A stretch of 63,745 nucleotides of DNA, filler included, from an uncultured Methylococcales bacterium (GTDB lineage Bacteria > Pseudomonadota > Gammaproteobacteria > Methylococcales > G963664935): the NCBI GenBank assembly GCA_964653275.1. It is 3 parts of 3 records of this genome, joined end to end, with 100 filler letters (N's around TTAATTAATTAA, not from the genome) between each part and the next. Parts side by side here need not be neighbours in the genome. Positions count along the whole stretch, not along the records: positions 1 to 22,294 come from CAZZET010000060.1; positions 22,395 to 44,664 come from CAZZET010000061.1; 1 more part is not named here. The stretch is one strand, 5' to 3'. Shown in pieces: positions 20,522 to 31,058 of this stretch (positions are counted from its first letter, which is position 1; the number at the start of each line of letters is the position of its first letter). Both the position numbers and the translations under genes were made by a program. The notes below the pieces were generated by a model. The model was not told where the DNA came from. It saw only the letters and a program-made list of their open reading frames with translations, and made no database searches.

Positions 20522-21065
20522 CGGTTGTTTTAAGCAACGAATATTCTTAAGCTATTATTTCTTTCTCCTCTTGAACTACCGACGCTTTCAGCGGCAAAGT
20601 AGAGATGTTGCTTCTCGAGTAGGATTAATCCCACACAAAATCACTCATTACTCCGATTTTCTTTTGCCCCTTAATCCGATTGTTTATGGATCTTAAATAT
20701 CTATGATTTGGTGTAAGTAGGTTTAAATAAAACTACTTAAGGTGCTTGCACAAAGACTCGATGAACCAAAATAAGCAATAGACTAAACCTCTTTTTCCAA
20801 TCCTTAGAAGCGCGGGTGGGGCGAACCGGCATTCCGTGTTTGGTATTTTGATTATTGTTTCATGGATAGCGACCTCGACCTTTTGGACATTGGTTCCGGG
20901 TAAACGACAGTTCTGATTCATTTTTAATCAGCAAATCGAAGAGGGTAACAAAGCAATGGTTGCTTTTATGACGGCTATAACTTTCGGAATAACCCGAGAT
21001 GATGCATATCCTATTGATAAAACCCCTACCACTCAACTTTTACAGTTGGGCGCGTTAATTTCATA

Positions 21066-21845
21066 ATGAAACTTGTCCAATTTTCAATTGGATTGCTAAC
21101 CCTCTCACTATTGTGTGGCTTTCACGGTTTAAAACAGCGACAGAAAAAGATTTGCGAATCGGACACCTGTATGTTTGCTATAGCCATGAAACTCAATAAT
21201 GTGGCTAACTTATACAGCAACACAAACCGACCCAACGACGCCATAAAATCCTACCAAGAAGCACTCCATACTTTCCGCCGGTTAGCCAAAACCAATCCGC
21301 AAGTCTTTCTTCCCAATGTAGCCATGACGCTCAATAACCTAGCTAACTTATACAGTAAAATAAACCGGCTAAGTGAGGCAGAAAACACCTACCAACAGAC
21401 GCTCAGTACATTCCGCCAACTAGCCGCTATCCGCCCGGTAGTCTATCTCCCAAATGTAGCCATGACACTGAACAACTTAGCTAATCTATACAGTGACACC
21501 AATCGCTTGGGCAAGGCGGAAGAAGCCTATCATCAAACGCTCGATACTTTTCGCCAACTGGCCAAAGCCAATCCAGAAACCCATCTACCGAATGTAGCTA
21601 TGACGCTCAATAATCTAGCGATTTTGTACAAAATGACCAACCGTCTAAACGAAGCGGAAAATGCCTACCAACAAACACTCCGTACTTTCCGCCAACTGGA
21701 CAAATCCAACCGAGGCATCTATCGAACGCATATAACCACAACTCTCAATAACCTTGCGATTTTATACAAAAATCCGAAAAAATGGGACCAGCCAGCAAAG
21801 GTCATTACCAAAGATACGATTATAGAGGATAGATTCACTAAATAA
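21066..21845 (+). CDS. TPR-repeat protein with an N-terminal signal-like segment
   Basis: Four and a part 46-aa repeats (VAMTLNNLANLYS..NR..EAE..YQQ.L..FRQLA) with a 138-nt period. Confidence 0.85.
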   Translation: MKLVQFSIGLLTLSLLCGFHGLKQRQKKICESDTCMFAIAMKLNNVANLYSNTNRPNDAIKSYQEALHTFRRLAKTNPQVFLPNVAMTLNNLANLYSKINRLSEAENTYQQTLSTFRQLAAIRPVVYLPNVAMTLNNLANLYSDTNRLGKAEEAYHQTLDTFRQLAKANPETHLPNVAMTLNNLAILYKMTNRLNEAENAYQQTLRTFRQLDKSNRGIYRTHITTTLNNLAILYKNPKKWDQPAKVITKDTIIEDRFTK

Positions 21846-22023
21846 ATCAAGCTTGTTTAACTTATACTTCCGCCCGTAATTATTTAAAATAAATGGATAC
21901 TATATTCCTGATTTCCTTTCCTTCCATCCTCAAATCCTTGTAATGAGGCCATATTCAACCATTCAGCCTAACTAACAGTATTTCTTAATGGTATGGGGCA
22001 AACTAACTTAGGCACAACCTGAA

Positions 22024-22263
22024 ATGACCGATCGCAATGTCCTGATAGTGGGTGATGATTGTGAACCCTTTAAGAACCTGTTCGATACTCTGGAGTCACC
22101 TAGCTACAAACTCGCATTTGCATACAGTGCTAAAGATGCTATTGAAACAATTCGAGGTTTCACGGTACAAGTAGCTCTCATTAAACTCCCGGATGATAAC
22201 GTAACAACGTTGTTAGGTGTGTTAAAGAAGTTAAATCCAGACGTAACTACTCAGCGAAAATAA
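22024..22263 (+). pseudogene. Truncated/degenerate receiver domain
   Basis: NVLIVGDD...VALIKLPD lacks the phosphoacceptor Asp; stops after 79 aa. Confidence 0.5.
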
Positions 22264-22294
22264 TTAAAAAAGTACTTGACGCGGTTTGAGTGCG

Positions 22295-22394
22295 NNNNNN
22301 NNNNNNNNNNNNNNNNNNNNNNNNNNNNNNNNNNNNNNTTAATTAATTAANNNNNNNNNNNNNNNNNNNNNNNNNNNNNNNNNNNNNNNNNNNN
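22295..22394. other. Artificial contig-joining spacer
   Basis: N44 + TTAATTAATTAA (stops in all six frames) + N44. Confidence 0.97.
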
Positions 22395-22565
22395 TAAGCT
22401 AAGGTTTTGGCTGGAAAAATTGTGGAGACCTCATATTTTGTCTTCAAATTATATTTGGCCAATTTTAAATCACAAATTTCTCAAAGTAGTGGCACTACAT
22501 CTATAAGGTTTTGATCAATTAGTTTGACAAAGCCTTGCCGATATATGAGTGTGATAATTTCCGGC

Positions 22566-23570
22566 TTATTGTCGTACGACTCCCAAAGCTTCAAGTTGTG
22601 TAGCGGCAAAGCGGGTAGGGCCATAAAGGGCCGAATTCGTATTTAAAATTACCTTGATGGGTATATCTTCAAGCAAAGGGCTCATTCGCCCTTTTGATTT
22701 AAATGAGTCAAAAAAGATGGGTTGTTTGAGTTTTTCCAGGATTTTAGGAGCGATGCCGCCGCCTATATATATGCCTCCTTGTGCCATGATTTTAAGAGCA
22801 AGATTACCCGTTTCAACGCCATATAGATGGGTAAAAAGGTTCAGGGAATCCATGCAGATTTCACATTTACCAGCTAACGCTGCATTGGAAATACAGGCAG
22901 CCTGATCGTTATATTCCAGCTCATGGGTCAACCACGGCGGTTGAATTGCACGATAATACACCAACAAGAAACGGTATATATCTACCAATCCCATCCCAGA
23001 AACGGTGCGCTCCCAACTGACATGACCATATTTTTTTCGGAGAAACCGTAAAAGTTCGATTTCTAGGTCGCTATTTGGGCTAAAACTGCTGTGTCCCCCT
23101 TCGGTGGCGAAAGGGCGATACTGTTGTTTGTCCCAAAATAGCCCAGCTTCGCCTAGGCCGGTTCCTGCGGCAATAATGGCTCGATTGCCCCGAGTTTCTG
23201 GTTTCCCTACGTTCAATATGAATAGGTCGTCTTTCTGTAAACATTCGATACCCCATGCATGGGCTTCCAAATCATTAAGTAACCACGTGTGGGAAAACCC
23301 GAATCTTGAAAGCAGTGCGTCTGTATCTACGAGCCAGGGTAAATTCGTGGTAATACAGCGTCCCCCAGCAATGGGACCAGGAACACCAAAGCAGGCGTAA
23401 TCATAATTGTCGTTCGAACTTGACAGAAATCTGCTAATTAGTTCATCAAAAGAGTCAACACCGTAGCTTAAATAATTTTGTTTCCTTAATATATTTAGTG
23501 ACGTGCCTGTGTATTCGATTATAGCTAATACGGTTTTTGTGCCACCTACGTCTCCCGATAGAATTTTCAT
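22566..23570 (-). CDS. glk: Glucokinase
   Basis: [30 protein letters not shown]. Confidence 0.95.
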   Translation of the reverse strand: MKILSGDVGGTKTVLAIIEYTGTSLNILRKQNYLSYGVDSFDELISRFLSSSNDNYDYACFGVPGPIAGGRCITTNLPWLVDTDALLSRFGFSHTWLLNDLEAHAWGIECLQKDDLFILNVGKPETRGNRAIIAAGTGLGEAGLFWDKQQYRPFATEGGHSSFSPNSDLEIELLRFLRKKYGHVSWERTVSGMGLVDIYRFLLVYYRAIQPPWLTHELEYNDQAACISNAALAGKCEICMDSLNLFTHLYGVETGNLALKIMAQGGIYIGGGIAPKILEKLKQPIFFDSFKSKGRMSPLLEDIPIKVILNTNSALYGPTRFAATQLEALGVVRQ

Positions 23571-25207
23571 CGGATACTTTTATAGTAATTAATTAGGCCA
23601 GTAGTTGAGTTATCATGGTTAGCCACTTCCTGATCGGACTCCAATTCCGGCAAAATAACTTGAGCCAGTTGCTTACCGAGTTCCACACCCATTTGATCGA
23701 AACAATTGATATTCCATATTGCTGACTGAACAAATATCTTATGTTCGTACAAGGCGATTAGCGAGCCTAAAGTCTCTGGGGTTAGTTTACGAAATAAAAT
23801 TGAATTTGACGGCTTATTACCATCAAATACTTTAGCAGACACCAAGTTTTCAAAACGTGAATTATTGTGTTTTGATAAATCTAGTTCGTTACGAACCTGA
23901 TCTACGGTTTTCCCGCGCATCAATGCCTCGGGTTGGGCAAAAAAATTAGATAGTAGGATCCTGTGGTGCTGAGTCATTTCATGATGGCTTACCGCAGCGG
24001 CAATAAAATCACAGGGAACCATCTTGGTACCCTGGTGTAGAAGTTGGTAAAAAGCGTGTTGTCCGTTGGTTCCCGGTTGGCCCCAAATTATCGAACCGGT
24101 TTGGTAATCAATCGGAGTTCCAACATTGTCTACTGATTTACCGTTGCTTTCCATGTCACCTTGTTGCAAATAGTCAGGTAAAAATTTCAGGTGCTGGTCG
24201 TAGGGTAATATGGCATGGGATTCAGCGCCAAAGAAATTGTTATACCATACCCCCAGCAAAGCCATGACGACGGGAATATTGCGTTCAAATGGCGTATTTC
24301 TAAAATGGTTGTCCATTTTATGGGCGCCGGTCAAGAGTTCTTCAAAATGGTCCATACCGATGCTAAGAGCAATGGATAGACCGATACAGGACCAAAGCGA
24401 ATAGCGGCCACCAACCCAATCCCAGAATTCAAACATGTTCGCAGTATTTATACCAAATTCGGATACTGCGGCGCTATTGGTGGAGATTGCTATAAAATGC
24501 TTGGCTACGGCTGTTGAATCGGTGGTGTCGGATAGCAACCAATTACGGGCCGAATGTGCATTTGTCATAGTTTCCTGGGTTGTAAAGGTTTTGGAAGCGA
24601 TAAGAAAAAGGGTTGTTTCTGGATCAACTAGCGCTAAAACTGCAAGTAAGTCGCTTGCATCAACATTTGAAACAAAATGGGTTCGAAGGTTTTTTTTCGC
24701 GTAGGGTTTAAGCGCGTGGGTTACCATTTTAGGCCCTAAATCGGATCCCCCGATCCCAATATTTACGATATCGCTGATCGGTTTGCCGGTATAACCTTTC
24801 CAATTACCAGAATGTACCAATTCAACAAACCGTCTCATTTTGATAAGGGCGTCATTGACCGATGGCATGACATCTTCATCGTTAATAGAAATCGGTGAGT
24901 TCGTACGATTCCGCAAGGCAATATGCAGTGCGGCACGGTCCTCTGTGACATTGATGTTTTCACCACCGAACAGTGCTTCAATTTTGGCTTTCAAATTGCT
25001 CTGTCGCCCGAGGTTGAAAAGGAGCTCAAGAGTTTTTTGGTTGATCCGATTTTTCGAGAAATCGAAAAGGATATCGTCGAAGTGGAGTGAAAATTGATTA
25101 AATCGATGCGGATCATTATTGAATAGATCTCGCATATGAATGTGTGCGATTTCACATTTATGAGATTGCAACGCCTTCCACTCTTTAGAATCGACAATTT
25201 GATTCAC
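23567..25207 (-). CDS. pgi: Glucose-6-phosphate isomerase
   Basis: [39 protein letters not shown]. Confidence 0.97.
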   Translation of the reverse strand: MNQIVDSKEWKALQSHKCEIAHIHMRDLFNNDPHRFNQFSLHFDDILFDFSKNRINQKTLELLFNLGRQSNLKAKIEALFGGENINVTEDRAALHIALRNRTNSPISINDEDVMPSVNDALIKMRRFVELVHSGNWKGYTGKPISDIVNIGIGGSDLGPKMVTHALKPYAKKNLRTHFVSNVDASDLLAVLALVDPETTLFLIASKTFTTQETMTNAHSARNWLLSDTTDSTAVAKHFIAISTNSAAVSEFGINTANMFEFWDWVGGRYSLWSCIGLSIALSIGMDHFEELLTGAHKMDNHFRNTPFERNIPVVMALLGVWYNNFFGAESHAILPYDQHLKFLPDYLQQGDMESNGKSVDNVGTPIDYQTGSIIWGQPGTNGQHAFYQLLHQGTKMVPCDFIAAAVSHHEMTQHHRILLSNFFAQPEALMRGKTVDQVRNELDLSKHNNSRFENLVSAKVFDGNKPSNSILFRKLTPETLGSLIALYEHKIFVQSAIWNINCFDQMGVELGKQLAQVILPELESDQEVANHDNSTTGLINYYKSIR

Positions 25208-25232
25208 TTTGCTATTCCTATGATGTCAAAAA

Positions 25233-25251
25233 ATTAATGATAATCATAATT
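25233..25251. promoter_or_regulatory. Fur box next to pgi
   Basis: attaatgataatcataatt, 15/19 match to GATAATGATAATCATTATC. Confidence 0.55.
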
Positions 25252-25427
25252 CTAGATCGAAAGTCTCACAATTTCCGTAAAATAGATTTCAGAGGTGAAA
25301 ATGTGCGAAGGTTTGAGTCTCAATGGCTAGGGGCGGTACGCTTAGATGACCTTGGCAAGGTATAGCCCAATAACAAAGAACAGCGATGTATTTCTGTTTT
25401 AGTTGAGCACCATTTGAGCAATTAGTG

Positions 25428-25446
25428 TATAATGAGAATCATTCTT
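25428..25446. promoter_or_regulatory. Fur box of the feo operon
   Basis: tataatgagaatcattctt, 15/19 match to the Fur consensus, overlapping a TATAAT -10. Confidence 0.8.
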
Positions 25447-25562
25447 AATTACCTTTAGGTTTACGCTGCCCTCTTGTCAGGCAAGTTCTAAGTTAGTGAG
25501 TGTTTCTGAAACCTAGGAGTACGAAATATTTAGAATCTTTAATACGGCTCGTTTTTAAATCC

Positions 25563-25817
25563 ATGATGAAATTTGATCAGCACCCAACTCAACAAGCATT
25601 TCCGCTTAGCATGGCAGACGAAGGTAAATCGTTCAAAATCGTTTTATTGAATGGGGGGAAAAATATTGGCAAACGTCTTAGCAATTTAGGTTTAAGCATC
25701 AACTGTGAACTTGAAATTGTTCACCGTCAAGGTGCAGCGCTTGTCGTGGCCCGAGATCAGATCCGGCTAGCATTGGGTATGGGAATCGCGCGGAAAATTA
25801 TGGTTATTCCTGTTTGA
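25563..25817 (+). CDS. feoA: FeoA family protein (first copy)
   Basis: KRLSNLGL, RLALGMGIARKIMV; start uncertain. Confidence 0.85.
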   Translation: MMKFDQHPTQQAFPLSMADEGKSFKIVLLNGGKNIGKRLSNLGLSINCELEIVHRQGAALVVARDQIRLALGMGIARKIMVIPV

Positions 25818-25925
25818 CTCTGGTGGGCCTGTATTTCTCAATTGTATTCTACTGGGTGGGTTTGGAAAAAGTGCTCACTGTATTGTTAACAATGCGTCCT
25901 CACTATTTAGTTAGTATGGTGAGAA

Positions 25926-26162
25926 ATGTGCGTTAGAACGTTAAACGATATGACGATTGGTGAATCGGGTCGGGTGGTAGGCTTCGATAAAACCGCTAAA
26001 GCTTATCGTAAACTCTTACTTGCGATGGGCTTGACGCCCGGTGTCGAGTTCAGTGTTACTCGTTATGCGCCTATGGGCGACCCAATCGAAATTAAAGTGC
26101 GTGGTTTTGCTCTTAGTTTAAGGAAGCAAGAAGCAAGTTGTTTGATGGTCGAAAAAATGTAA
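25926..26162 (+). CDS. feoA: FeoA family protein (second copy)
   Basis: LLAMGLTPG, APMGDPI, LSLRKQEA. Confidence 0.93.
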   Translation: MCVRTLNDMTIGESGRVVGFDKTAKAYRKLLLAMGLTPGVEFSVTRYAPMGDPIEIKVRGFALSLRKQEASCLMVEKM

Positions 26163-26175
26163 TATTGCAAAAAAT

Positions 26176-26305
26176 TTCAGCTTACCTCTATTTTGCTCTG
26201 TAACGATGCTACAAATATGCCAGCAGAGTTTTTGAACAGCTAAAAGCTGGTCCGATGTTGTGCGTATTCTTCCTCTATTGTGATACAAAATAGTTGTAAT
26301 CTGAA
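26176..26305. repeat. MITE-like 130-bp element with terminal inverted repeats between feoA and feoB
   Basis: ttcagcttacctctattttg versus the reverse complement of caaaatagttgtaatctgaa, 17/20. Confidence 0.45.
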
Positions 26306-26335
26306 CGATTACTTCCCGTATGGTTAATAGTGACG

Positions 26336-28678
26336 ATGACAACAATCTATACAATTGGTGTTGTAGGCAACCCAAATAGCGGCAAAACTACTTTGTTCAA
26401 TGCTCTGACGGGTGCCAAACAACATGTTGGTAATTGGCCAGGCGTAACAGTTGAACGGAAAACAGGTACTTTTGTTTACGACGAACACTCCTTCAAATTA
26501 GTAGATCTTCCTGGAACCTACTCTTTAGACGTCACCGAAGAATCGGTTTCAGTCGACGAAAGAATCGCCCGTGATTATGTTGCTTCGCACGAAGCTCATC
26601 TTATCGTTAACATCGTTGATGCATCCAATATAGAGCGTAATCTTTACCTGACAACTCAATTGTTGGAAATGAAAGTCCCAATGGTTGTAGCGCTTAATAT
26701 GATCGATGTAGCCCAGCAACAGGAAATCAAAATAGAAATAGAAAAACTGTCGAAACGTCTAGGTTGTCCCGTTGTCCCATTGAGTGCTTCCAAACGGAAA
26801 GGGCTGGATCTAATCACGGCGGCAATTCTGGAAAGGGTCCAGAATCAGTCCGTCTCGAAAACCCGTGTAATCTATGGTGAAGAAGTTGAAAATAGTTTGG
26901 AGGAATTCATTCCAGCGGTTTCACAAAGTGCCAAACAACATAAATGCGATAGTAGGTGGTTATCGCTTCGGTTATTGGAAGGTGACACGCTGGCAAAAAA
27001 ATTCGTTGGTCCAGAGGTCATTCAAAAGGCTGCTTGTATTCGGGACAAATTAGAAGATAGTTTGGGCGATGATATTGATATCATTTCCGCCGATGCTCGT
27101 TACGGGTTTGTGACTGCGCTAACCCGGGAATGCGTCCGTAAAACTTCCAAGTTGAAAAGGAGCACATCAGATAAAATTGATCGGATCGTGCTCCATCGGA
27201 TTTTAGGAATACCCATTTTTCTAGTGGTAATGTACTTGATGTTTTTGTTTACCATTAATATTGGCAGTGCTTTCATCGATTTTTTCGACATATTGGTAGG
27301 CGGTTTATTTGTCGACGGTGTTCGGTTTTTAATGACTGACTTCAATGCACCCGAGTGGCTAACAGTAATCATCGCCAATGGGGTCGGCGGAGGTATCCAG
27401 CTAATCTCGACGTTCATCCCAATTATTGGTTTTCTCTACCTATTCCTTTCGGTTTTGGAAGATTCGGGTTACATGAGCCGCGCGGCGTTCGTTATGGATC
27501 GATTCATGCGTTTTATAGGGTTGCCAGGGAAAGCATTCGTGCCCATGATCGTTGGATTCGGCTGTAATGTTCCAGCTATTATGGCTAGTCGTACTTTGGA
27601 GCATCAACGCGACCGCATTTTAACCAATATCATGAATCCTTTCATGTCCTGTGGTGCTCGTCTACCGGTATATGCTTTGTTTGCAGCGGCATTCTTTCCG
27701 AGTGGTGGTCAGAATATTGTATTCGGATTGTACTTATTTGGTATTGCGGTTGCTGTTTTGACTGGGCTGATAATGAAAAATACACTTCTTCAAGGAACGA
27801 CGGCACCGTTTATAATGGAATTGCCTAGCTATCATGTGCCCGCTTTGCAAAGCATAATGTTGCGTACGTGGGATCGGCTCAAAGGTTTCATTTTTAGAGC
27901 AGGAAGGGTCATTGTTCCCATGGTTTTGGTGCTCAATTTTCTTAATACCCTGGGTACCGATGGTAGTTTTGAAAACTCCGAAAGTGAGAACTCAGTACTC
28001 AGTGCTATAGGAAAAAGTATTGTGCCGGCGTTTGCTCCGATGGGCTTGGATGAAAAAAATTGGCCTGCTGCTGTGGGAATTTTTACTGGTGTTCTTGCTA
28101 AAGAAGTAGTGGTCGGCACATTAGATGCCCTATATAGCCAAATGGCCAAAAATGGAAATATGGAAAATAGAGATCAAACACCTAAACCAGCGGAGTTTGA
28201 TCTACGCCTAGTTGCAATCGAGGCGCTCCAATCGATTCCTGTAAATTTGAAGGGTATTGCCGACGCCGTGACGGATCCCTTGGGGCTTGATATAGGTGAT
28301 GTGAGCAATATCGAGAATGCAGCCGAACAGCAGGATGTTGTGATGGGAACGTATCGTGTTATGCGAGCCCGTTTTGATGGACAAGCTGGTGCTTTTGCTT
28401 ATTTACTTTTCATTCTGCTGTACTTTCCCTGTGTCGCTGCCATTGCTGCTATCTATAGAGAAACTGGAGGTTGGGCAATATTTGTAGCAGGATGGACTAC
28501 TGGTGTTGCGTATATGTCTGCTGCTATTTTCTATCAAGCGGCTACATTTTCTCAGCATCCAGTGTATTCAGCTTCATGGATAATGGGTTTATTGTTAGCT
28601 TTTGCCTCGGTTGTCTTGGGCCTTAGGTTTTGGGGGAGAGCTAATCGACCCTATCGTAAAGCATACGCGGGAACATAA
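26336..28678 (+). CDS. feoB: Ferrous iron transporter B
   Basis: GNPNSGKT, NWPGVTVE, DLPG, NMID G-motifs; gate motifs GFGCNVP, SCGARLP. Confidence 0.97.
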   Translation: MTTIYTIGVVGNPNSGKTTLFNALTGAKQHVGNWPGVTVERKTGTFVYDEHSFKLVDLPGTYSLDVTEESVSVDERIARDYVASHEAHLIVNIVDASNIERNLYLTTQLLEMKVPMVVALNMIDVAQQQEIKIEIEKLSKRLGCPVVPLSASKRKGLDLITAAILERVQNQSVSKTRVIYGEEVENSLEEFIPAVSQSAKQHKCDSRWLSLRLLEGDTLAKKFVGPEVIQKAACIRDKLEDSLGDDIDIISADARYGFVTALTRECVRKTSKLKRSTSDKIDRIVLHRILGIPIFLVVMYLMFLFTINIGSAFIDFFDILVGGLFVDGVRFLMTDFNAPEWLTVIIANGVGGGIQLISTFIPIIGFLYLFLSVLEDSGYMSRAAFVMDRFMRFIGLPGKAFVPMIVGFGCNVPAIMASRTLEHQRDRILTNIMNPFMSCGARLPVYALFAAAFFPSGGQNIVFGLYLFGIAVAVLTGLIMKNTLLQGTTAPFIMELPSYHVPALQSIMLRTWDRLKGFIFRAGRVIVPMVLVLNFLNTLGTDGSFENSESENSVLSAIGKSIVPAFAPMGLDEKNWPAAVGIFTGVLAKEVVVGTLDALYSQMAKNGNMENRDQTPKPAEFDLRLVAIEALQSIPVNLKGIADAVTDPLGLDIGDVSNIENAAEQQDVVMGTYRVMRARFDGQAGAFAYLLFILLYFPCVAAIAAIYRETGGWAIFVAGWTTGVAYMSAAIFYQAATFSQHPVYSASWIMGLLLAFASVVLGLRFWGRANRPYRKAYAGT

Positions 28679-28705
28679 AGTTTTTAATACAGTGACCAAA
28701 TATCA

Positions 28706-28972
28706 ATGATATTGTCGGAATTAAGAGATTACCTCAAACAAAACAGACGGGTCCATCTTGCGGATTTATCTTACCATTTTGATGCAGATCCCAGTGCAAT
28801 TCAGGGTATGCTGGAGAAATGGATTTGCAAGGGCCGGGTACGGATAGTACCTGTCAGCTCTGCGTGTGGAACCGGTTGTAGCAAATGCGACCCAGCTCAA
28901 ATTCAAGTCTATGAATGGGTGAGTTCAAGGGGTAAAAAGCATATTCCGGTGCAGACAGAAGAAAAACTTTGA
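28706..28972 (+). CDS. feoC: FeoC-like winged-helix protein
   Basis: MILSELRDYL...MLEKWICKG, Cys cluster CGTGCSKC; follows feoB. Confidence 0.88.
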   Translation: MILSELRDYLKQNRRVHLADLSYHFDADPSAIQGMLEKWICKGRVRIVPVSSACGTGCSKCDPAQIQVYEWVSSRGKKHIPVQTEEKL

Positions 28973-28983
28973 GCGCGTGGGTC

Positions 28984-29087
28984 TTTGTACCGATTCACAG
29001 GACCCTGATATGACAAATCCAAAATTGGATTTTTCTCACTAGAGTCACCTGTTCTCATCTGGGCAACCAGTCCCTGTGAATCTACAA
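28984..29087. repeat. Inverted-repeat-bounded element (MITE-like) between convergent genes
   Basis: tttgtaccgattcacaggac ... gtccctgtgaatctacaaa; internal hairpin aaatcca/tggattt. Confidence 0.45.
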
Positions 29088-29090
29088 ATA

Positions 29091-29789
29091 TTAGGTAATA
29101 TTAACTAATCCGAGCTTGATAGCGTTAACGACAGCTTCCGTCCGGTTGGTCGCTTGGAGTTTCTGCAGAATGACGCTGACATGATGCTTAGCGGTGCGCT
29201 CACCCATTTTAGCCATTTCGGCAATTTCTTTGTTGCTCTTACCAGAAGCCAACATTTCGATAATTGATGTTTCGCGTTCGGTCAGTATGCGTTGCTTAAA
29301 CTGGCGTCGCTCTTGCTTTCTTCCCACAAAACCCATAACGACGGATGTTACGACTGGATCCAAATATGATCCTCCTTGTCCAACAGTGCGAATTGCATGA
29401 ACTACTCGTTCAATTGGAGCATCTTTTATCACGTAACCCTGAATGCCCATCCTTATGGTTTCTGTTACCAACCAATCGTTGTCGCTGGCTGCATAAATTA
29501 CCAATGCGATGTCGGGCTGGGTATCACGAATTTTTGTCAGTGCATCAGAGCCCGAATCATCGGAGAGACTAAGGTCGATCAGCACCACGTCAGGAAACAG
29601 TGATGCAATCTGATCACAACATTCTCCACAACTACTTGCTTCGCCGACAATACAGAGGTCTGATTCGACGTTTAATTTGGAAACTAGTCCAAAACGGATA
29701 ATAGGGTAGTGATCGACAACCAGGATTCGTATTTGACTTCCGGTGGTTTTCTTCATCTTATGGGTATTTCTTTGTTCTATGATTTCCAT
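29091..29789 (-). CDS. Orphan NarL/LuxR family response regulator
   Basis: REC (VVDHYP, VLIDLSL) + LuxR HTH (LTERE, SNKEIA). Confidence 0.9.
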   Translation of the reverse strand: MEIIEQRNTHKMKKTTGSQIRILVVDHYPIIRFGLVSKLNVESDLCIVGEASSCGECCDQIASLFPDVVLIDLSLSDDSGSDALTKIRDTQPDIALVIYAASDNDWLVTETIRMGIQGYVIKDAPIERVVHAIRTVGQGGSYLDPVVTSVVMGFVGRKQERRQFKQRILTERETSIIEMLASGKSNKEIAEMAKMGERTAKHHVSVILQKLQATNRTEAVVNAIKLGLVNIT

Positions 29790-29856
29790 TTGAAATTTCC
29801 CGTGTAAAAGGTGGAAAGGATCATCTGTTTGTTAGTTTCTCTGTGGCAAACTACAA

Positions 29857-29873
29857 AGCAATATCGAAACCAA
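29857..29873 (-). promoter_or_regulatory. Putative sigma-54 promoter
   Basis: Minus strand TTGGTTTCGATATTGCT (GG-N10-GC); 15/17 identical to the fleS promoter. Confidence 0.55.
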
Positions 29874-30209
29874 TAGAGATAATATTCCATAGATCATGAT
29901 GTTATCTAGACCATCTTGAAAGTGGTTAGTCTTTGTGTGTCGACATGTAAACAATCCAGACATCGGGAACAAGGAAGGATGAAAAGAGGCTAAATGTATT
30001 GCTTTATATTCATTTTGTTTTCTCCTTTTCTTATCGATAAAGCAGGATATAGATTAGCTAAATGTTTTTTCAGAAATTTTACATTCAATTTGGTGTCATC
30101 GAGAATATCAATGAATAATGGCTTGTAACACTATGAATTAATTTTGATTGGGTCTGTTTGGCAAATCTGTTGCTGTTCTTAAATCAAGGCATCAACAGAC
30201 GACATACAA

Positions 30210-31058
30210 ATGCACAACGCCCACCAATATAATTCCAGAAAATACACTGCAGTCGGAGAATTCTTGATCTTGTTGACAGTGGTGCTAGCAGGAATCTATG
30301 GAGAAAAAACGCTGGCAGCAGGAGCCTTGAGTTTTCATCCTGGTAGCTTGGGCATTTCTGAACAAAAGTCAAAATCGGATTTTACTGGCCTCACTTTAAA
30401 ATTTATTCCAAGATCTTTGGTAAGTTTTAATGAGATACCACTTTTTTCCCCAACGAGTATATCTGTTGACAATTTAACGCCCACTTTGTATCGGTATCGC
30501 CCCAATAGTTTTTTTTCAGTGTTTTCTGTTATTGATGCAGATCCACAGTGGGAATCCACATCCATTCAATTGACCCTAAGACCGGCAAGGAATTGGATGA
30601 TGCGATTCAGTCATGGATGGCTGAGCGAACCGGAGGGATTGTTCCCGAGCGTTAATATCAAGCGAACGACATTTTCGACCCGTTATCGAGTGAAAACGCA
30701 AAATACTGAATGGTCCTCGATATTTAAATGGGCACGAAACAATAGTAATCCAGGTAAAATCTTCGATACGGCTTTGATCCAATCCCGATTTACAGTGGGA
30801 AAGGCACACTCTATTTTTGGGCGTATAAAACACGCTTCGTCGAATAGCTTACAATTTGGTGCCTACAGGGCTATGGATTCATCTTTTACAGGGAATCAAT
30901 TAAAACTTGGATATCACTACGAATTACCCAAAATAGGGCGTACCAAATATCGAGTAGGAGCAGCCCTTGCTTTTAATACCAGATTACCCGAACATGGGCC
31001 CTTGAAGGCGGGGGGGCACTACTCCTTCTTTACGTTCTTGAACATCCATTTTGATTAG
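30210..31058 (+). CDS. Hypothetical protein, probable outer-membrane beta-barrel
   Basis: Signal-like N-terminus, amphipathic strands, aromatic residue near the C-terminus (FLNIHFD). Confidence 0.55.
   Translation: MHNAHQYNSRKYTAVGEFLILLTVVLAGIYGEKTLAAGALSFHPGSLGISEQKSKSDFTGLTLKFIPRSLVSFNEIPLFSPTSISVDNLTPTLYRYRPNSFFSVFSVIDADPQWESTSIQLTLRPARNWMMRFSHGWLSEPEGLFPSVNIKRTTFSTRYRVKTQNTEWSSIFKWARNNSNPGKIFDTALIQSRFTVGKAHSIFGRIKHASSNSLQFGAYRAMDSSFTGNQLKLGYHYELPKIGRTKYRVGAALAFNTRLPEHGPLKAGGHYSFFTFLNIHFD

Noticed and set aside
21183..21780. Regular DNA repeats read as a CRISPR or non-coding array
   Set aside because: They are in-frame coding TPR repeats with synonymous variation.
22295..22394. Palindromic TTAATTAATTAA inside N runs (also 44665-44764)
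   Set aside because: Artificial six-frame-stop linker; not biological, and synteny across it cannot be trusted.
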